Shown here one piece after another: positions 1 to 12,257 of a stretch of DNA of 44,624 bases (position 1 is its first letter; each line of letters starts with the position of its first letter). Below the pieces are notes generated by a model. It was not told where the DNA came from. It saw only the letters and a list, made by a program, of their open reading frames with translations, and ran no database searches. The DNA is from Perkinsus olseni. Its lineage: Eukaryota. The stretch is taken from contig JABANN010000270.1 in the NCBI GenBank assembly GCA_013115125.1, positions 1 to 44,624 of the forward strand, in the 5' to 3' direction. The position numbers and the translations under genes are program-made.

Positions 1-69
1 CACCACCCAGTCGACTAAGTTTGGTAATTTATAGAAAGGGGTTACACGTGAGGATCACTGGAGCCATAG

Positions 70-990
70 TTGAGTACTTCTGAAGGCTCTCGGCCGGCTA
101 AGCGCCCAAGAAAGAGCTCATCGTATCCAAGCATCGCACTGTATTTCCGGACGAGGTCTGCTCCGAGTTCCTCGTCTCCGGCCGTGACCGGCGGAGGCAG
201 AGTCCAGGAGGGCACTGAGCCAAGTCCTCCCGCTGAGGAAGGACTGCCCTCTGACCAAGATGAGAGCATCGTAGCTAGCACAGGTCAAGCTAGAGCGGAT
301 TTTGATGACCGGGTTCTCGAGGCTGTGAACGTCCTCAACCCTGATGACCTTCCTCGCAGACCTGCCAGTGGGAAGCCGGCTGACGTCAAGCAGAGCGACT
401 GGATATGCCGAGTCCCCAACGGCCCTTATGCCGGGTATTACTGTCGCGTCTGCATATACATATGCCCCCGGGCTGGGGGCCCCGGCACAGCTGGCCGTTG
501 GTGGGTGCAAGTGGGGGTGCTTGGGTCACAAAACCTGTCGCCATCAACGATGTGAAGAAGCTCAAGAAGAAGGCGACGAAGCACGTCAACAGCGACGCCC
601 ACTTCAGAGCATGCACTCGCGTCTGGGAAGACCAAAATCTCAACCTTGGACGTGGAATACTGTCTTCGTTTGCCGAAGTGCTAATGGGAAAGATACTCAC
701 TCGAACTCATACCAGCGCTGTGAAAACACCTCGGTTCAAGGCGTACTCATTACTTAAATGTTGGGTGCCGCACTCTGGCTTCTTCGACTAGCTGTTGTAC
801 GCTTGTGCTGCCGGGACCGACGCTGGCCTATGGCAGTGGCTCGCCAATCGACCCAACAACGCTCTCTACGCATCTCGGTCGATCTTCACCCAGTATCCGG
901 AGTCCATCGGTCGCGTAATGACTACCCGCACTCAGGAGAGGCTCAGGAGGCTCGTTGCTAGGAGTCAGTAATTCTCGCTGATATCGTAGA
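70..990 (+). pseudogene. Decayed hAT-family transposase N-terminus (TTF-type zinc finger + DUF4371-like region)
   Basis: W..Y-C-x2-C (DWICRV..YYCRVC) continues after a frameshift near 500 into AWVTKP..KKLKKKATKHVNSDAH (H-x2-S-x2-H). After a TAG at 789-791 it reads NNALYASRSIF..IGRVM..RLV..*FSLI, resembling the 'NA.YTS..IQ...FS' segment before the first hAT catalytic Asp. One frameshift and two stops. Confidence 0.6.
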
Positions 991-1540
991 CTAAGTCTAC
1001 GAGTTTACGAGTCGTAGACTGGCTGCGCGTACGAGCGCCTCCAGGAGCAAGGTTTGGGGTAGGAAACACTTATGGGCAATCAAGGGATTGCTGGAGAGCC
1101 CCCTGCTAGGCGTAGGAATGCCCTAGGATCGCGCTCAGTGACCAAACGCAACTGTCATGATATAATAGCAGGCTGCCTCCTCCGAACTTCACAATAACCG
1201 TTGATAACAGTGTAGCCTCCACAGGTGACATTACCGGGATTATCGGGGACAGGAGAGGTGCATGTGGATCCATGCTGATGGTTGCCACGCCGCACAACTT
1301 GTGGGTCACAAGAGGCGTCGAGGTCGGACCCGGTCCGACGGACCGTATGCACTGATGAACTCTAAAAGCCATCTGCTACCTACCCTCAATGAGCCAGCGG
1401 ATTCACTAGCTCTCACTCCAGTGGAGAGTGTGTGGTTGTCCACGGAGTGGGCTCCAGCATGGTTGTGACTGCGTGCAAGATGTCAATTATCGATTAACTT
1501 CTCACAACTGCGTTATCGGCTTGATCACCTTCATTGAATC

Positions 1541-2400
1541 ATGTCGGTCCTATCTGGCCCATGTCTCGCTGCCTTGCCGGTTGTTGCTCTGTCTGGCTGG
1601 CCGGCCATACCTAACTTCAACGCCTTCCCCTACACCGGATCGTTAATGTAAAGGGAGGAAAGTTCTGGTGTAGAGGTTGTTTTACAACCTGCAATGGGAG
1701 GGGCCATTGTACGTGGCCGTGAAATGCGGAAACCAGAGTTACGAGGACGGTCCATTCGCCCTTAGCTGTCGCGCACAGTACCGCAATGGTTGTGCCCGTG
1801 GTGACACCGCGTTCAAGATTCAGTTGAAACCGATTTATTATCCCTGGGAATACATCGATTCGCAGCTTGGTATGGACTAGATCTACAACGGCGTGAAAGC
1901 TGCCTGTCCTTTCATCGAGTTCGCCGAGGGAGACATGGTGGGTTTCAGGGTGAACTCCTGGAACTCGGGTACCATCCAGTTCCAGGGAAAACGGGTGACA
2001 CTCACTCGCTTCAACCTTCCTCTAAGGGAGGGTATGTACCTTGCGGGAAGACGCACCTGTGGTGAGTGCCACCGAGCCAACTTGATATTCAACGTCACTC
2101 AAGACGGGTCATTGACAATGAGTTGCAGTAATGGGAGGACTGGTGACACCACCGCTACCATTGGCCCTTACAAGCTGTACAGAAAGAGGGTAGGGGAACC
2201 CTACGCTGTGGACTTCGGTGGTGAGCGTTATCGCTTTCTTGAGGAGGCACGCAGGACTTGTGGACTCTGTTTCAACATTGACGATAGGGACGTCGAAACG
2301 CTTTGGTTCTATGAAGGCGGCTTCTATACCTACCTTAACATAAACTAAGGGAAGTGGACAGGAGTGACTGATGTTCCATCCTTCCCGGTATGTCAACTCC
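1541..2400 (+). pseudogene. Disrupted gene for a secreted lineage-specific repeat-domain protein
   Basis: Signal-peptide-like start MSVLSGPCLAALPVVALSG at 1541, TAA at 1649, frameshift near 1680. ORFs 1677-1880 and 1893-2348 are in the same frame, separated by a TAG. Two similar ~110-aa modules (..C....GP[FY]....C). Confidence 0.5.
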
Positions 2401-3587
2401 TTATTTTCGTCTAGGCGAGTGTTCCGAACCTCCCTGTGTGGTTCGGGTAAGCTGGTCGCTCCTTAAAACTCTTATGACCGGCTTGTTCGCCGTCGAATCT
2501 CTCTTTTACCCCAACTCGTACATGCCGGGCAGGCATTCTCATGTATGTTCTCTGCTAATACCAGACTCGTTCTGAGGATGCTGGTCGCTTTGTGTGACAG
2601 TGTCGAAGAATGGCTCTGGCCTTACGGATTCGAGGACTCCTCGACGAGGAGCTGTTCTACTCGCTCCGCTTCTGTTGTACTGAGCGCGGTTACAGAAGCC
2701 CGCCCGATCGATAGCGTAAAAATTGATTTGTGTTACGATCTAAGCGCTGCTGTCTATGTTGGTAGACGACGGTCGACTTCATACACCTCTGCGTCCGTAT
2801 TCTACGACAAATAAGAGCTAACCCTGAAGTAATACCCCTCGCTATCACTGGTCGATCACCCGAGATTAGCTTGAGTGAGAGCAACAGTCACAAATCTTGC
2901 ATTTCGTACGATTTGTCCGCGTCCAAGGTTGCAGTGAGATTGGAGTCGGCGTATAACCTACCGCTGCTAACGACAGAATGATTCAAAGATCGATGGCCCT
3001 TTCTGAGCTGAGGCTCCTGCGCTCCGCTGAAGAAGGCGAAATTGGGAAGGCCTGTAGCAGTCTACCCTCTGGCGCTCAATGTGTTCGCGTGCTGCTGCTG
3101 CTGCTGCTGGCACGCGTAGTCAGTCCGCTCAACCCGAGAAGTGGCTGCTCTTCCCTTCGTAAATTCAGTGTGCGGGTTGGGAGAGACTGGCAGTAAAGAC
3201 TATGGTCCCGGATGGTATTGACTCTAAACCTGTTACAGTAACCTCGCTTGATATCTACGCCCTTCTGACGCCGTGTTATGGTTTGCCGTGTTTGCAACGT
3301 GTCGATGTTGGTGGCAAGCGATGGCGTTGGCGTCTCAAGTATACAGTTCACCTATGTGCATCCGATGGTGTGTGTTAATTCATAATCCAAGACTGGTCGC
3401 GGCTTAGCTAGACTCTTCCCGTTGTGCTCAGTTAGAGGCTCTCTGTAGCGTTGTTATGCAGTGCAATCAGAACGTTCGTCGAGAAGCATCCGGTGGGGGT
3501 CTAATAACTCGGCCGGGTCTAATAACTGTAGCTCGTGTGCATAAGTCTCTGTGAGAATATCAGCTCGGAGTTCTTTGAGACACTGAG

Positions 3588-4809
3588 ATGCCACCGACCG
3601 GGATAATCACCCTGGACCGCATCTTGAAGATAACAGGCCAGTTCGATCCATTGACTGTCACCCTTCTTGAACTCACTGAGCAAGGCTTGGAAGAGATCGA
3701 CAGAAGTAACCTCGGCAGGGCGGCAATGGATCTTCAGACGGTATCAGTTACCAGACGCAGCGATCAGGTATCGGACTGTGTGAGAATACCATCTGGCTGG
3801 ATCTCTCCGGGAACAGGATATCTAGAGGTGCTTCACTGGCGTTGGATGCTGGCGGTAGTCGGATCTCATTAGACTCCCTTATTCAGGGCTAGATGTCGTC
3901 CGCCGTCTATCCTGCCTGGCTTATCTCGACTTGTCCAACAACAGGCTCTCGGAAGTAAAAAATGCTCATCTCGCTGGTATGTCAAATCACCAGTGCTTTT
4001 GTAAGGTCGTTGATCTCACCGGCCTTGTCAGCCTGAAGAACGTAAATTTGGACGGAAATCCTTTCCGTACAGTGCGGGCGGATTTGTTTGCTGATCATCC
4101 CTCGACCGCGTCCACCATAAGTTGCTCACAACGCGATCGAACTTTTCCCTCTAGGAAAGGTTTCGGACTTGGCAGGGTTGTCGGGGTGCTCTCAGTTAGA
4201 AAATATCTCACTACGGAGATGCCCCTTAGTTGAGCGGGTAGCGGAAGGTCCTGCCGGTCCCTTCCTTGGTAGATGTTAGCGTTAGGTATCCTTTGCGACT
4301 CTCGCGTCAAACCTTAGAGCTGTAGTGCCCAGTTTGAGGAGACTCAATGGTGTTAATATTGTGGAGGTGGATAAGATGCCCTTGGATGCTGCTCCGGAGG
4401 CATCAGGTGTGTCGTGTATTCAAGAGGAATGAACTTTAGTTCATTCCGCGGAAGTAGTGGATCCCTGCAAGCGGTGCGTGTGTGAACGCCATCCGGCGCC
4501 CGAGTTCCAGTAGGGGTCTGAGAAACGCAACTTGTCTTCACCGAAATTGCGCTACTCGTAAAGATGCTGTAGTGATGTCGATCAGTGGAGGACCGTTGAG
4601 TGCAGCGATTCGACTTCAGGATCCTCCCTAGCAACGGACGAGTATCTCGCCAAAACTCGCCTGGAGCTGTCGCGGCCCTGGGTAGACGACGACGCCATCA
4701 ATGGAGCACTAGACAGAGTGGGTTCCTCCACCATGACAATCCCCTATTCCTGTCCGCGTCAGCTGCGCTCACGACGGTTCGAGTCGAAGAACATGCGCAT
4801 GATAGATGA
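3588..4809 (+). CDS. Leucine-rich repeat protein, LRRC61-like (multi-exon; 3' end uncertain)
   Basis: N-terminus IITLDRILKITGQFDPLTVTLLELTEQGL; spliced LRRs WLDLSGNRI, YLDLSNNRL, NVNLDGNPF, ENISLRRCPL; LRR-cap-like VPSLRRLNG. Confidence 0.65.
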
Positions 4810-4988
4810 GCTCCTCTGTGCAGGGGAGGCCAGGCCGAGGATGCCTTCGCCTGGAGCCTTCGATGAGGCCAAAGCGGCGGGGTCGTGACTGTTGTCTCGT
4901 CTAGTGTTGCGTTCCATGGCTGAGGGAAGCGTGGGCGAGACAAGCGATTTTATGGCAGTTTTCGAGCGGCTCTTTTTCCCCCAGTTCT

Positions 4989-6881
4989 ATGACCAGTGCT
5001 GGGCTATACGATGACCGGTGCGAGAACACTCAAGGAAGACTCTCGTTGCATCGTGAGGTGGCCTCCCTCAACACAGAAGACCTTCTCAGCCCCTTGTGTC
5101 TAGAACTCCTTGGGCCACGGGCTAAGGCCGAGCTGGTGTGACTCTCCGCTACCACAGCTTACGGAGCTTCGCTCCGCTTCAGGTTGGTCACGCTCGAGCC
5201 CTGCTACATCGCGAGATCGACAACTTTGATGGTCGAGAGCCTGATACCCATAAATGGGCGAAGGCCTTCCCGCTGGCTGAATCGAGATGCGGTCGAACGA
5301 GTTCGTCGAGTACGGTTACCTCTCTCGCCATTCACAGCGCGGAGGATACGGCCAGGGACGTCTGCAGTAGTACCGTTGGTCCATGGGCCGCTACCGCTCC
5401 TCGCAGGTGGCACGACCTGGTGGTTAGCTGAGGAGCTCTTGCCGCATGTCCTCTCCTTCATAGTGGAAGTCGGAGAGAATCTTAGGTCGCTCCGAGCAGT
5501 ATGTGAGTACTCTGATCCCTGCCGTTGTCGAGCAGTTGACCTCCCAGGTAGGGCCTTCAACACGGCAACCCGCCTACCCCAGTGCTATCAAGGATCTCAT
5601 GTGTATCTGAGCAGTGGCGCCTGCAAGGCTGTGGACCCCGAGGCTCACTGGATGAAGGTTCTCGAGCTTCCACTCGAACAGGTTTGGCCGCTGCTGGGCT
5701 GCTCTGCTCGATGTACCCGTCTGAGGGAAGTTTCTTAACCGTCGGATTGCACTGCATGCCAACACTACAGAGAGCCCTCAACTGACACATCGGCAACAAT
5801 CTAACTAAAGCGAAACCGGCTTTATTGTGCACACGCGCGCTGCTTCGGTGTCAGGCTGCATCCATCACCGTTGGTACATTAGGAGTTCCCGTCCGCCATC
5901 TCGAGCTGCTATCTGATGTACTGTCGATGTTTGCAACTGTTCGAATGACCGCCCTTGCTTCAGACCTTCGGTACCGATAAGGTGGTGAGGCATATGACGG
6001 GCTTCGCTCGCGAAGTGCACAGCCCCAACATAGAGTGGGTCGACGAGCACACCGTGAGACGGAAGGACGAGCATGATCCTTTCCTGGCTATCGTGCTCGG
6101 CAACGCTCCGCTAAGACGTAAGTATCGATGTAGCCTGGTTTGCCAGATGTGGCCTCTCTCAGGCCTGGTTTGCGGCGATTGTTATTTCGCTTTTCGGATA
6201 GCCAAGACGAGTCGACGACATTTTGGTGGCGGTGTGACGATAGCCCTCACCACCAACCCTCCACTACAATCGGTAGGTGCCTCGTTCCCCCTGTCAGTTT
6301 CATGTTGCTACTGAGCTCTTTGTCGTTGCGCTGTTGCTTAGATACCGGAGAAGCTGCGGGGTCCCGACGTTACACTAGCGATCGTTCAGAAGGGTGAGGT
6401 GTTCGTCTATGGTGAGAAGATAGAAACTAGGGTAGGGCGTGTAGCGTTGAAGCTCTGAGGAAGCCTCTGAGCATTGCTTCAGTTCCTGTACTGGAATGCC
6501 TCGTCATTGAAGGAAGGGGATGTTGTAGGCCTGCGAATCGATCGGGAAGGAAGCGTTACACTGTAGGACGCTTCATGCTTCCATTGCGAGCCACATGGCT
6601 CTTCGCGTGGTCGTCGACAGATACAGGAATAACAGGATAGTTCCCACCACAGCCCCTCTGCAGATCGCCTACTTGGGCGTACCGCCGCAGCTGCTGCTGC
6701 CTGGGGTTGATCAACCCAGCATGTACGCCCGTACCTGTGCCCTGTCTATCGCGACGGCACAGTACTAGTGGTGATCAGATACGCAATGCTGCATGTGAAA
6801 GCTAACACTACAGCCGTTACATTACTCCCCGACCACGAGCCTCCTGAAGATGACAAGTTTTGGCTGTCTGAAGGGCAGTGA
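4989..6881 (+). CDS. Putative F-box-like + Neuralized (NHR)/SPRY-like domain protein (multi-exon; start uncertain)
   Basis: EELLPHVLSF..LRSLRAVC (F-box-like); HSPNIEWVDEHTVRR..AIVLGNAPL..YFAFRI..GGGVTIALTTNPP and LKEGDVVGLRIDREGSVTLY (NHR-like); stop TGA 6879-6881. Confidence 0.45.
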
Positions 6882-7112
6882 TGTGATATTCATTATGATT
6901 TCATTTTCAATTGTTTCGTGCTCGGATTGTGTTTGTCAATTGACACTGTTCGTTTTCGGGAGCCGCGACGCTCCTCGTGTGCGATAAGTCGTCGCTTGGC
7001 CGGTATGACAGAAAGGAAAACCCGAACTCGACTAGACCTCTTCTGAGCACTGAGACGCTGCTCTACTTCAGTTGATTTTAGCGTGTTTAGTGGTAGCCTG
7101 CGTAGTAAAAGT

Positions 7113-9419
7113 ATGAAGTTCCAAAGCAATTCAGTAAGGACAGCTCCAGTGCGAAGACAGCTGCTTGCGACAGCGGTCGCTTCTCCTGTTGCAGATCATC
7201 GCATTCATCATCGGCTCGTACTCTGTCGCGGCAGAAAAGTTAGAGTCCACAGCAGGCACGGCGCCGCGGCAGGCCTCTGTCGTGGGGAGCGAGTTCCAGG
7301 TTGAGAACAATGCAGGAAGCGATGGCCAGGACGACATTCATGCGCCCTACAAACTCATCATCACGACCGAACCTAGTGAGTGCTGCATAGGGTTATCTTG
7401 TCCGTTACACGACGGCAGATTCTGGCGGGGGTCGTCGACTGGCCAGCATCGAAGATCACGTCAGAAGGCTCAACAACAGAGTGAGGAGAGCGAGTGACCA
7501 GCCCTGTTCGACCATGGTGACTTGTAGACTCTGAGCTCCCAATTCACCACCCTTCTGAACAGCATTCGCTCAACTAAAGTCCTCGAGAAGATGTCGCTGG
7601 AGGTTCTCACCCTGCGCGATACCAGTAGGCACCGAATCGAGAAGGGGGTGTCAGCCTACTCGACAGGTTCCTACACGCCGGCGGAGATGTGTGAACTGTT
7701 CATGGAAATACAGCGGGAAATGTAAGTCATTATGCGTCTGTATTGATGATGCTCGTCATTGCACGGCTCAGTCACGGAGATGACGATGGAGTCTTCTGCG
7801 GCCCGGACGAGATCGTTTACGGTGAGCCTTTGGTCCGAGATAGGGGTCAGGTTGTCTCTTGCTCAGCCGACGCGACGATCCCGAATGACCCTTCCTATGG
7901 TCTACAGTATCACCATGCGCTCATCAATGCGCCACAGGTGTGATGCGACTGAGTCCGCGGCGACGCGTGAGCAGCCTGCGCCCTTCAGGCGTGGGACGTC
8001 ACCACTGGAGACCGCTCGCTGGTGGTTGCTCTCATCGACTCTGGGATCGACTATAGCCATCCTGACCTAGCCGACAACATTTGGACCAACCCGGGAGAGA
8101 TCCCGAATGACGGTGGGCAGCCTTCGGTGATCCTCTCCTGTACCTTCCTTCGCCTTCAGGCATCGACAACGATGGCAACGGGTATATTGATGATGTTAAC
8201 GGCTGGGACTTCCACGGTGATGATGCCAACCCAATGGACGCCTATGGTCACGGCACGCATGTTGGAGGCATACTGGCAGCTGAGGGTGAGTGCGCCCTGT
8301 GGAGGGCTCTCGGGCCAGGCTGTGCTGTCCCAGGTAACAACAACAGGGGAGTAGCCGGGGTGGCCTGGAAGGTGTCGGTGGCGCCTCTGAGATTCCTCAA
8401 TGAGAAGGGCCAGGGTTACCTCAGCAACGCCCTTGAGGCCATTGACTATGCCATTACTATGAACATCAGGATGAGTAAGCGACGGGCGTTCTATTATGGT
8501 GGGCTATAGTGCTCCTCAGGTGTGAACAGTTGGAGCTGTACAGGGTGCAGCGTCCCTACTTTGGAGACCGCAGTGCAACGAGCAGGTGAGCAGAGACCAG
8601 GAGGCTCTCTGTTCACGGCAAGACCGTCCTCAGGCGAGGCTGGACACCTGTTCATCGCCAGCGCGGGCAACAAGAAGAATGACAACGATGCCGTAGGTCG
8701 AGCTCCTACTGGTGGCCTCGTAGGCCCCGTCTGTAGACCCCTACGATTCCATGTGGCTTCAACTTGGATAATATCATCTGTGTTGCCGCTACGGATGCCA
8801 ATGACGTTCTCCTGTGAGCTCGACTCTCCTGCTGCTGCTTGTGTGCACCTCTGTCCCCTCAGGAGCAATAGCAACTACGGCGCCACCACAGTAGATCTAG
8901 CCGCACCTGGTGGTTCCATCTACTCCACCAAACCGTGAGTGGCTGGCGTGAATGCGATAGTCTGTCGCACCCCTTCCCCTGGCGTTCGGTGGTGCTCTAC
9001 TCTCTCCTGTCAGGTCTAACACGTACGCTTATATGTCCGGCACGTCAATGGCTGTACCCATGGTGGCAGGAGCTGCTGCCTTGATGCTGGTCGCAAGGCC
9101 GCTCGCGACCGCAGCTCAAATCAAGGTGCTTGCCAGCCATCACCATGTCATGTCATTCCTCCGCTGGTAGTCTTCGATCCTGAGCAGCGTTGAAGCCGTC
9201 ACTGGACTGCAGGGCAAATGCGCTAGTGGTGGCAGACTGGACGTGGACGCGGCGCTCACCTCCATAACGAGTATGACCGCAATGTCAAATCCACCCTGGA
9301 GCTTGTCTTTTTTCCTAGGTATTGTATCGGCATCGTCCATCACAACAACAACAACAACAACGATTTCACGTACGATTGGGGAGGCCTGCTTTCCGCACAA
9401 CACTCAGTTGGAGTCCTAA
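7113..9419 (+). CDS. Secreted subtilisin-like serine protease (peptidase S8), multi-exon
   Basis: Signal peptide MKFQSNS|IIAFIIGSYSVAA. Catalytic motifs VALIDSGID (~8025-8050), GHGTHVGG (~8246-8270), oxyanion ASAGN, SGTSMAVPMVAGAAAL (~9035-9083). Thr-rich tail; last exon approximate. Confidence 0.93.
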
Positions 9420-9504
9420 TACTATGGCGCGACCGCTGTTTATCCTATTAGTTCACTATAAGTGAATAGGGAAAATATGGAGATGAGTATGATGTATCAT
9501 TATA

Positions 9505-9833
9505 ATGATATTATTATTATATTCATTATTATACACGATGTCATTCTCTATGGATTGTTTATGTATAACTTGTCGTTGCTCCTCCTGGCCACGCTCTCCT
9601 CCCTTCAGCGTGTGAGCAAGCAGCAAACGACGCCTGCGCCGCACTGGACAACGGAAGCTGGTGCCAATACGGCGTTACCGTCTCGACATGCCAAGGAGCC
9701 TTCTCTGTTCAATGTCCTTGCGGACAGGTAAGAGCCTCTGGTCCTCACCTCGTTAACGATGCATCACCTTCAGAACCGCCGAGCCCTCTTCGACTACTCT
9801 GATTCGAAGCTTGGAGCAGGCCTGCATATCTAA
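9505..9833 (+). CDS. Small secreted cysteine-rich peptide precursor, 78 aa, 3 exons (9505-9562, 9609-9727, 9774-9833)
   Basis: Two 46-nt GT-AG introns give an open frame: MILLLYSLLYTMSFSMDCLSCEQAANDACAALDNGSWCQYGVTVSTCQGAFSVQCPCGQNRRALFDYSDSKLGAGLHI*. Hydrophobic N-terminus, 6 Cys in exon 2. Confidence 0.75.
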
Positions 9834-9941
9834 CTCTCCTCTCACCAGCTCAACTGCTGTGTGGAAATATCTAGATAACTTGAACTCTGTTGTGTAAATC
9901 ATATCTTCGCTTCACAATTCACTCTGCCCCGATTCAACTTT

Positions 9942-11060
9942 ATGCGTGGGCTTGTATCCATCTTTTTCGCCCGTCTCAATACTATCGCAGAATCGTTCAA
10001 AAATTCCCTTACAAGTTTACATGCGTATGTTGATCGATGAGCCCCTGTTGAGTTTCATCTACCCCAGCACGTGCTGGAATCTTAGCTCGACGCACGACTT
10101 AGAAAACTATACAGCAACTCCGGTGGGGGAGTCTACCATGCGTTTGAGCGCTTCTATTGCGAATACCGATCTTAAGCAGATTTTCTCACTGCAACCCCCC
10201 GGTTCATGGGCTCCAGCGTCTGCTACGTCTTGGTCGCCCAGGGCGACTCGCCCTCTCGACTCTGTTCTCGGCCGCGATGGCTCTGCAGACTGCCTCACGA
10301 ACTCAAGTAGGTGAACTAGGTTTTGCTCGGACTGAATTTGTCTTGCTCTTCAAACACGGTTTATGGTGAGCACCGCGCTGAACCGCCTCTCTGCTCGAAG
10401 CTTTGAGCTGTCAAATTACTTAATGTCGGCTATTTCCTGTCGAGTCTTGAAACTATTTTTCCTCGATCAGGTGAGCCATGCCTCCCAGGGGGTATGTAGG
10501 AAGCAGTATTCCTCATCGAGTGAATATCCTTACTTAGTCATCTCCCTGCAACGCGAAGATACTTACTTCAGCTGGAACACGGGTCCAAATGACTTCTTCA
10601 ATTACAATATGTGGTCAAGGGTTTCTAGATTCCTTTTGTTCCCGGGGCGATCCAGGTAGCTGACTTGGAAAGAAAGAATAGTCTATGAGGAAGAGCTAGC
10701 AGCCTCGAAGACTGTTTCGAATCGCACCGTCTACGAGAGCACCGCGGGTCTGACCGATAGATTCCATAACTTGATCGCCCCATTGAACCCCTTCGACCAC
10801 CTTGCCGACGACCTCAAAGTCCAGTTCAGGAGGCCCTTGACGGAGGCCAGTCGCCGAGCTCTTTTCGACTACGTCGAGAATAGGCCTCCCCAGGAATACA
10901 CTGCTGGAAGCCAATGGATTCCCAAGTTCGTTGATCATGTGATCGACTCGTTTCTCGTGAAAGCTCACAGAGAGAGGGAACGCGAAGGGAAGCCTCTTAA
11001 AGAATTTGGTGAGTAGGCTTCTCACGGGGTCATTGGTCATGTTTGGGCTATGTTCTTCAA
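9942..11060 (+). CDS. Hypothetical multi-exon protein (boundaries approximate)
   Basis: Short GT-AG introns and a long coding-like exon ~10660-11008 (LTWKERIVYEEELAASK..RRALFDYVENRPP..KPLKEF|gtgagt). No family recognised. Confidence 0.35.
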
Positions 11061-11436
11061 CGTAATCTTCCCCGGTGATAGCCCACCTGGACAAATTGCT
11101 GCATGCAAGTTAATGTGTTCGCCGCAGTACTTCCTATTCTTGAAGAACGTTCGCATACTTGCTCCGTCAGAACGTTGAAGAGTGTTATGAGGAAGTCCCC
11201 ATGGCGCCTCAGAAATGCCCCCATGATGTCGCTGTTGATTGAAAATGCTGTCGAGTTGAGTGTGTTCCGAAAAGGGTCAAGTAGACCAACTATGCTACTC
11301 AGCTCTTCATGTTCCCCATTGGACCATCTTGTAGTCGACGCTAACCCAAATCAAAAATACGGATAGTAAATCGGATGCATACCAAATATTGGTATCATCA
11401 CCACACAATCATGCTGCGTACTATCAGCACTCCTAT

Positions 11437-12224
11437 TCAGGAGTCAACGAACCGGAGGTGCATGGGCAACTTGCTCCGTCTCGCTCGCTCACTAGCAGGA
11501 AGGGCGCGGAAGTCGCCTCGTCCCATCACTAGGCTGTGACGGACGTCGTAGCTTTCTTTCGTGACAGTACACAGGTAGGAGACAAAGTGCTGATCGTCTT
11601 TCTCGAGGTCTCCCTTTTCTTGAAGGTCTCTGAATGCAGCCTTTACCGCTGCTATGCATCGATCGCTCTGTCCTGTGGCTTGGGCTAGCTCAGACTTGAG
11701 TGGATCCATCTGGCGATTCACGGTCAGCCTAGGGAGAGGTTGTCTATAATGACCGGCCGCGGCGTCTTCCCTGACACAAAACAGCTTACTTAATACTCTA
11801 ACCCACATCATCTTTCACAGCGTGCAGCGGAGCGAAGCGAGCACATTCTCACAGCTAAAGCCAGCCGTTGAGAACGGGCGAGGTACGAACCGATCGCTGC
11901 ATACTCACCGTCTGAACAGAGTATGCCCACCAGACTTCCCGTCTGCGCAGTCTAAGCTGCTGATAATTACACCATCATCATACTTAAAGTAAGCTGTGGA
12001 TTCTCGAGGCTTGCTGAACAGCTTTTTGATGGCTGATACGGGTACCTTCTCTTTGACGTAGCAGTGGGAAGACTGATCTCTTTTGGGCGTGGGTATCTAC
12101 CATAGCACGGACGCGACTGGGCGAGTGCATGCATCCGGGTCGTCTAAGGACCTACCACTTCGAGATAACTAGCCGTAGTAGTGATACTGAAGAAGATGAT
12201 GGGGAGTGTTCGTAGACTGAGCAT
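11437..12224 (-). CDS. Hypothetical secreted protein (multi-exon)
   Basis: Minus-strand ATG at 12224 begins a signal-like MLSLRTLPIIFFSITTTASYLE; coding-like last exon DPLKSELAQATGQSDRCIAAVKAAF..RFVDS*. Confidence 0.45.
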
Positions 12225-12257
12225 GGCGCCTGGCAGCAGAAATTTTTCTGGAACAAT

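Noticed and set aside
984-1021. Hairpin tcgtagac-taa-gtctacga plus a third tcgtagac copy as a hAT terminus
   Set aside because: No partner TIR or 8-bp TSD is visible, and the sequence could equally be the decayed IVDEST catalytic motif.
789-2348. In-frame TAG/TAA stops suggesting stop-codon reassignment
   Set aside because: They occur together with frameshifts, and intact genes in the window end normally at TAA, TAG and TGA. Pseudogenisation is simpler.
9418-9450. YYGATAV just after the subtilisin stop, resembling the internal NYGATTV motif
   Set aside because: Too short, and flanked by stops; likely chance.
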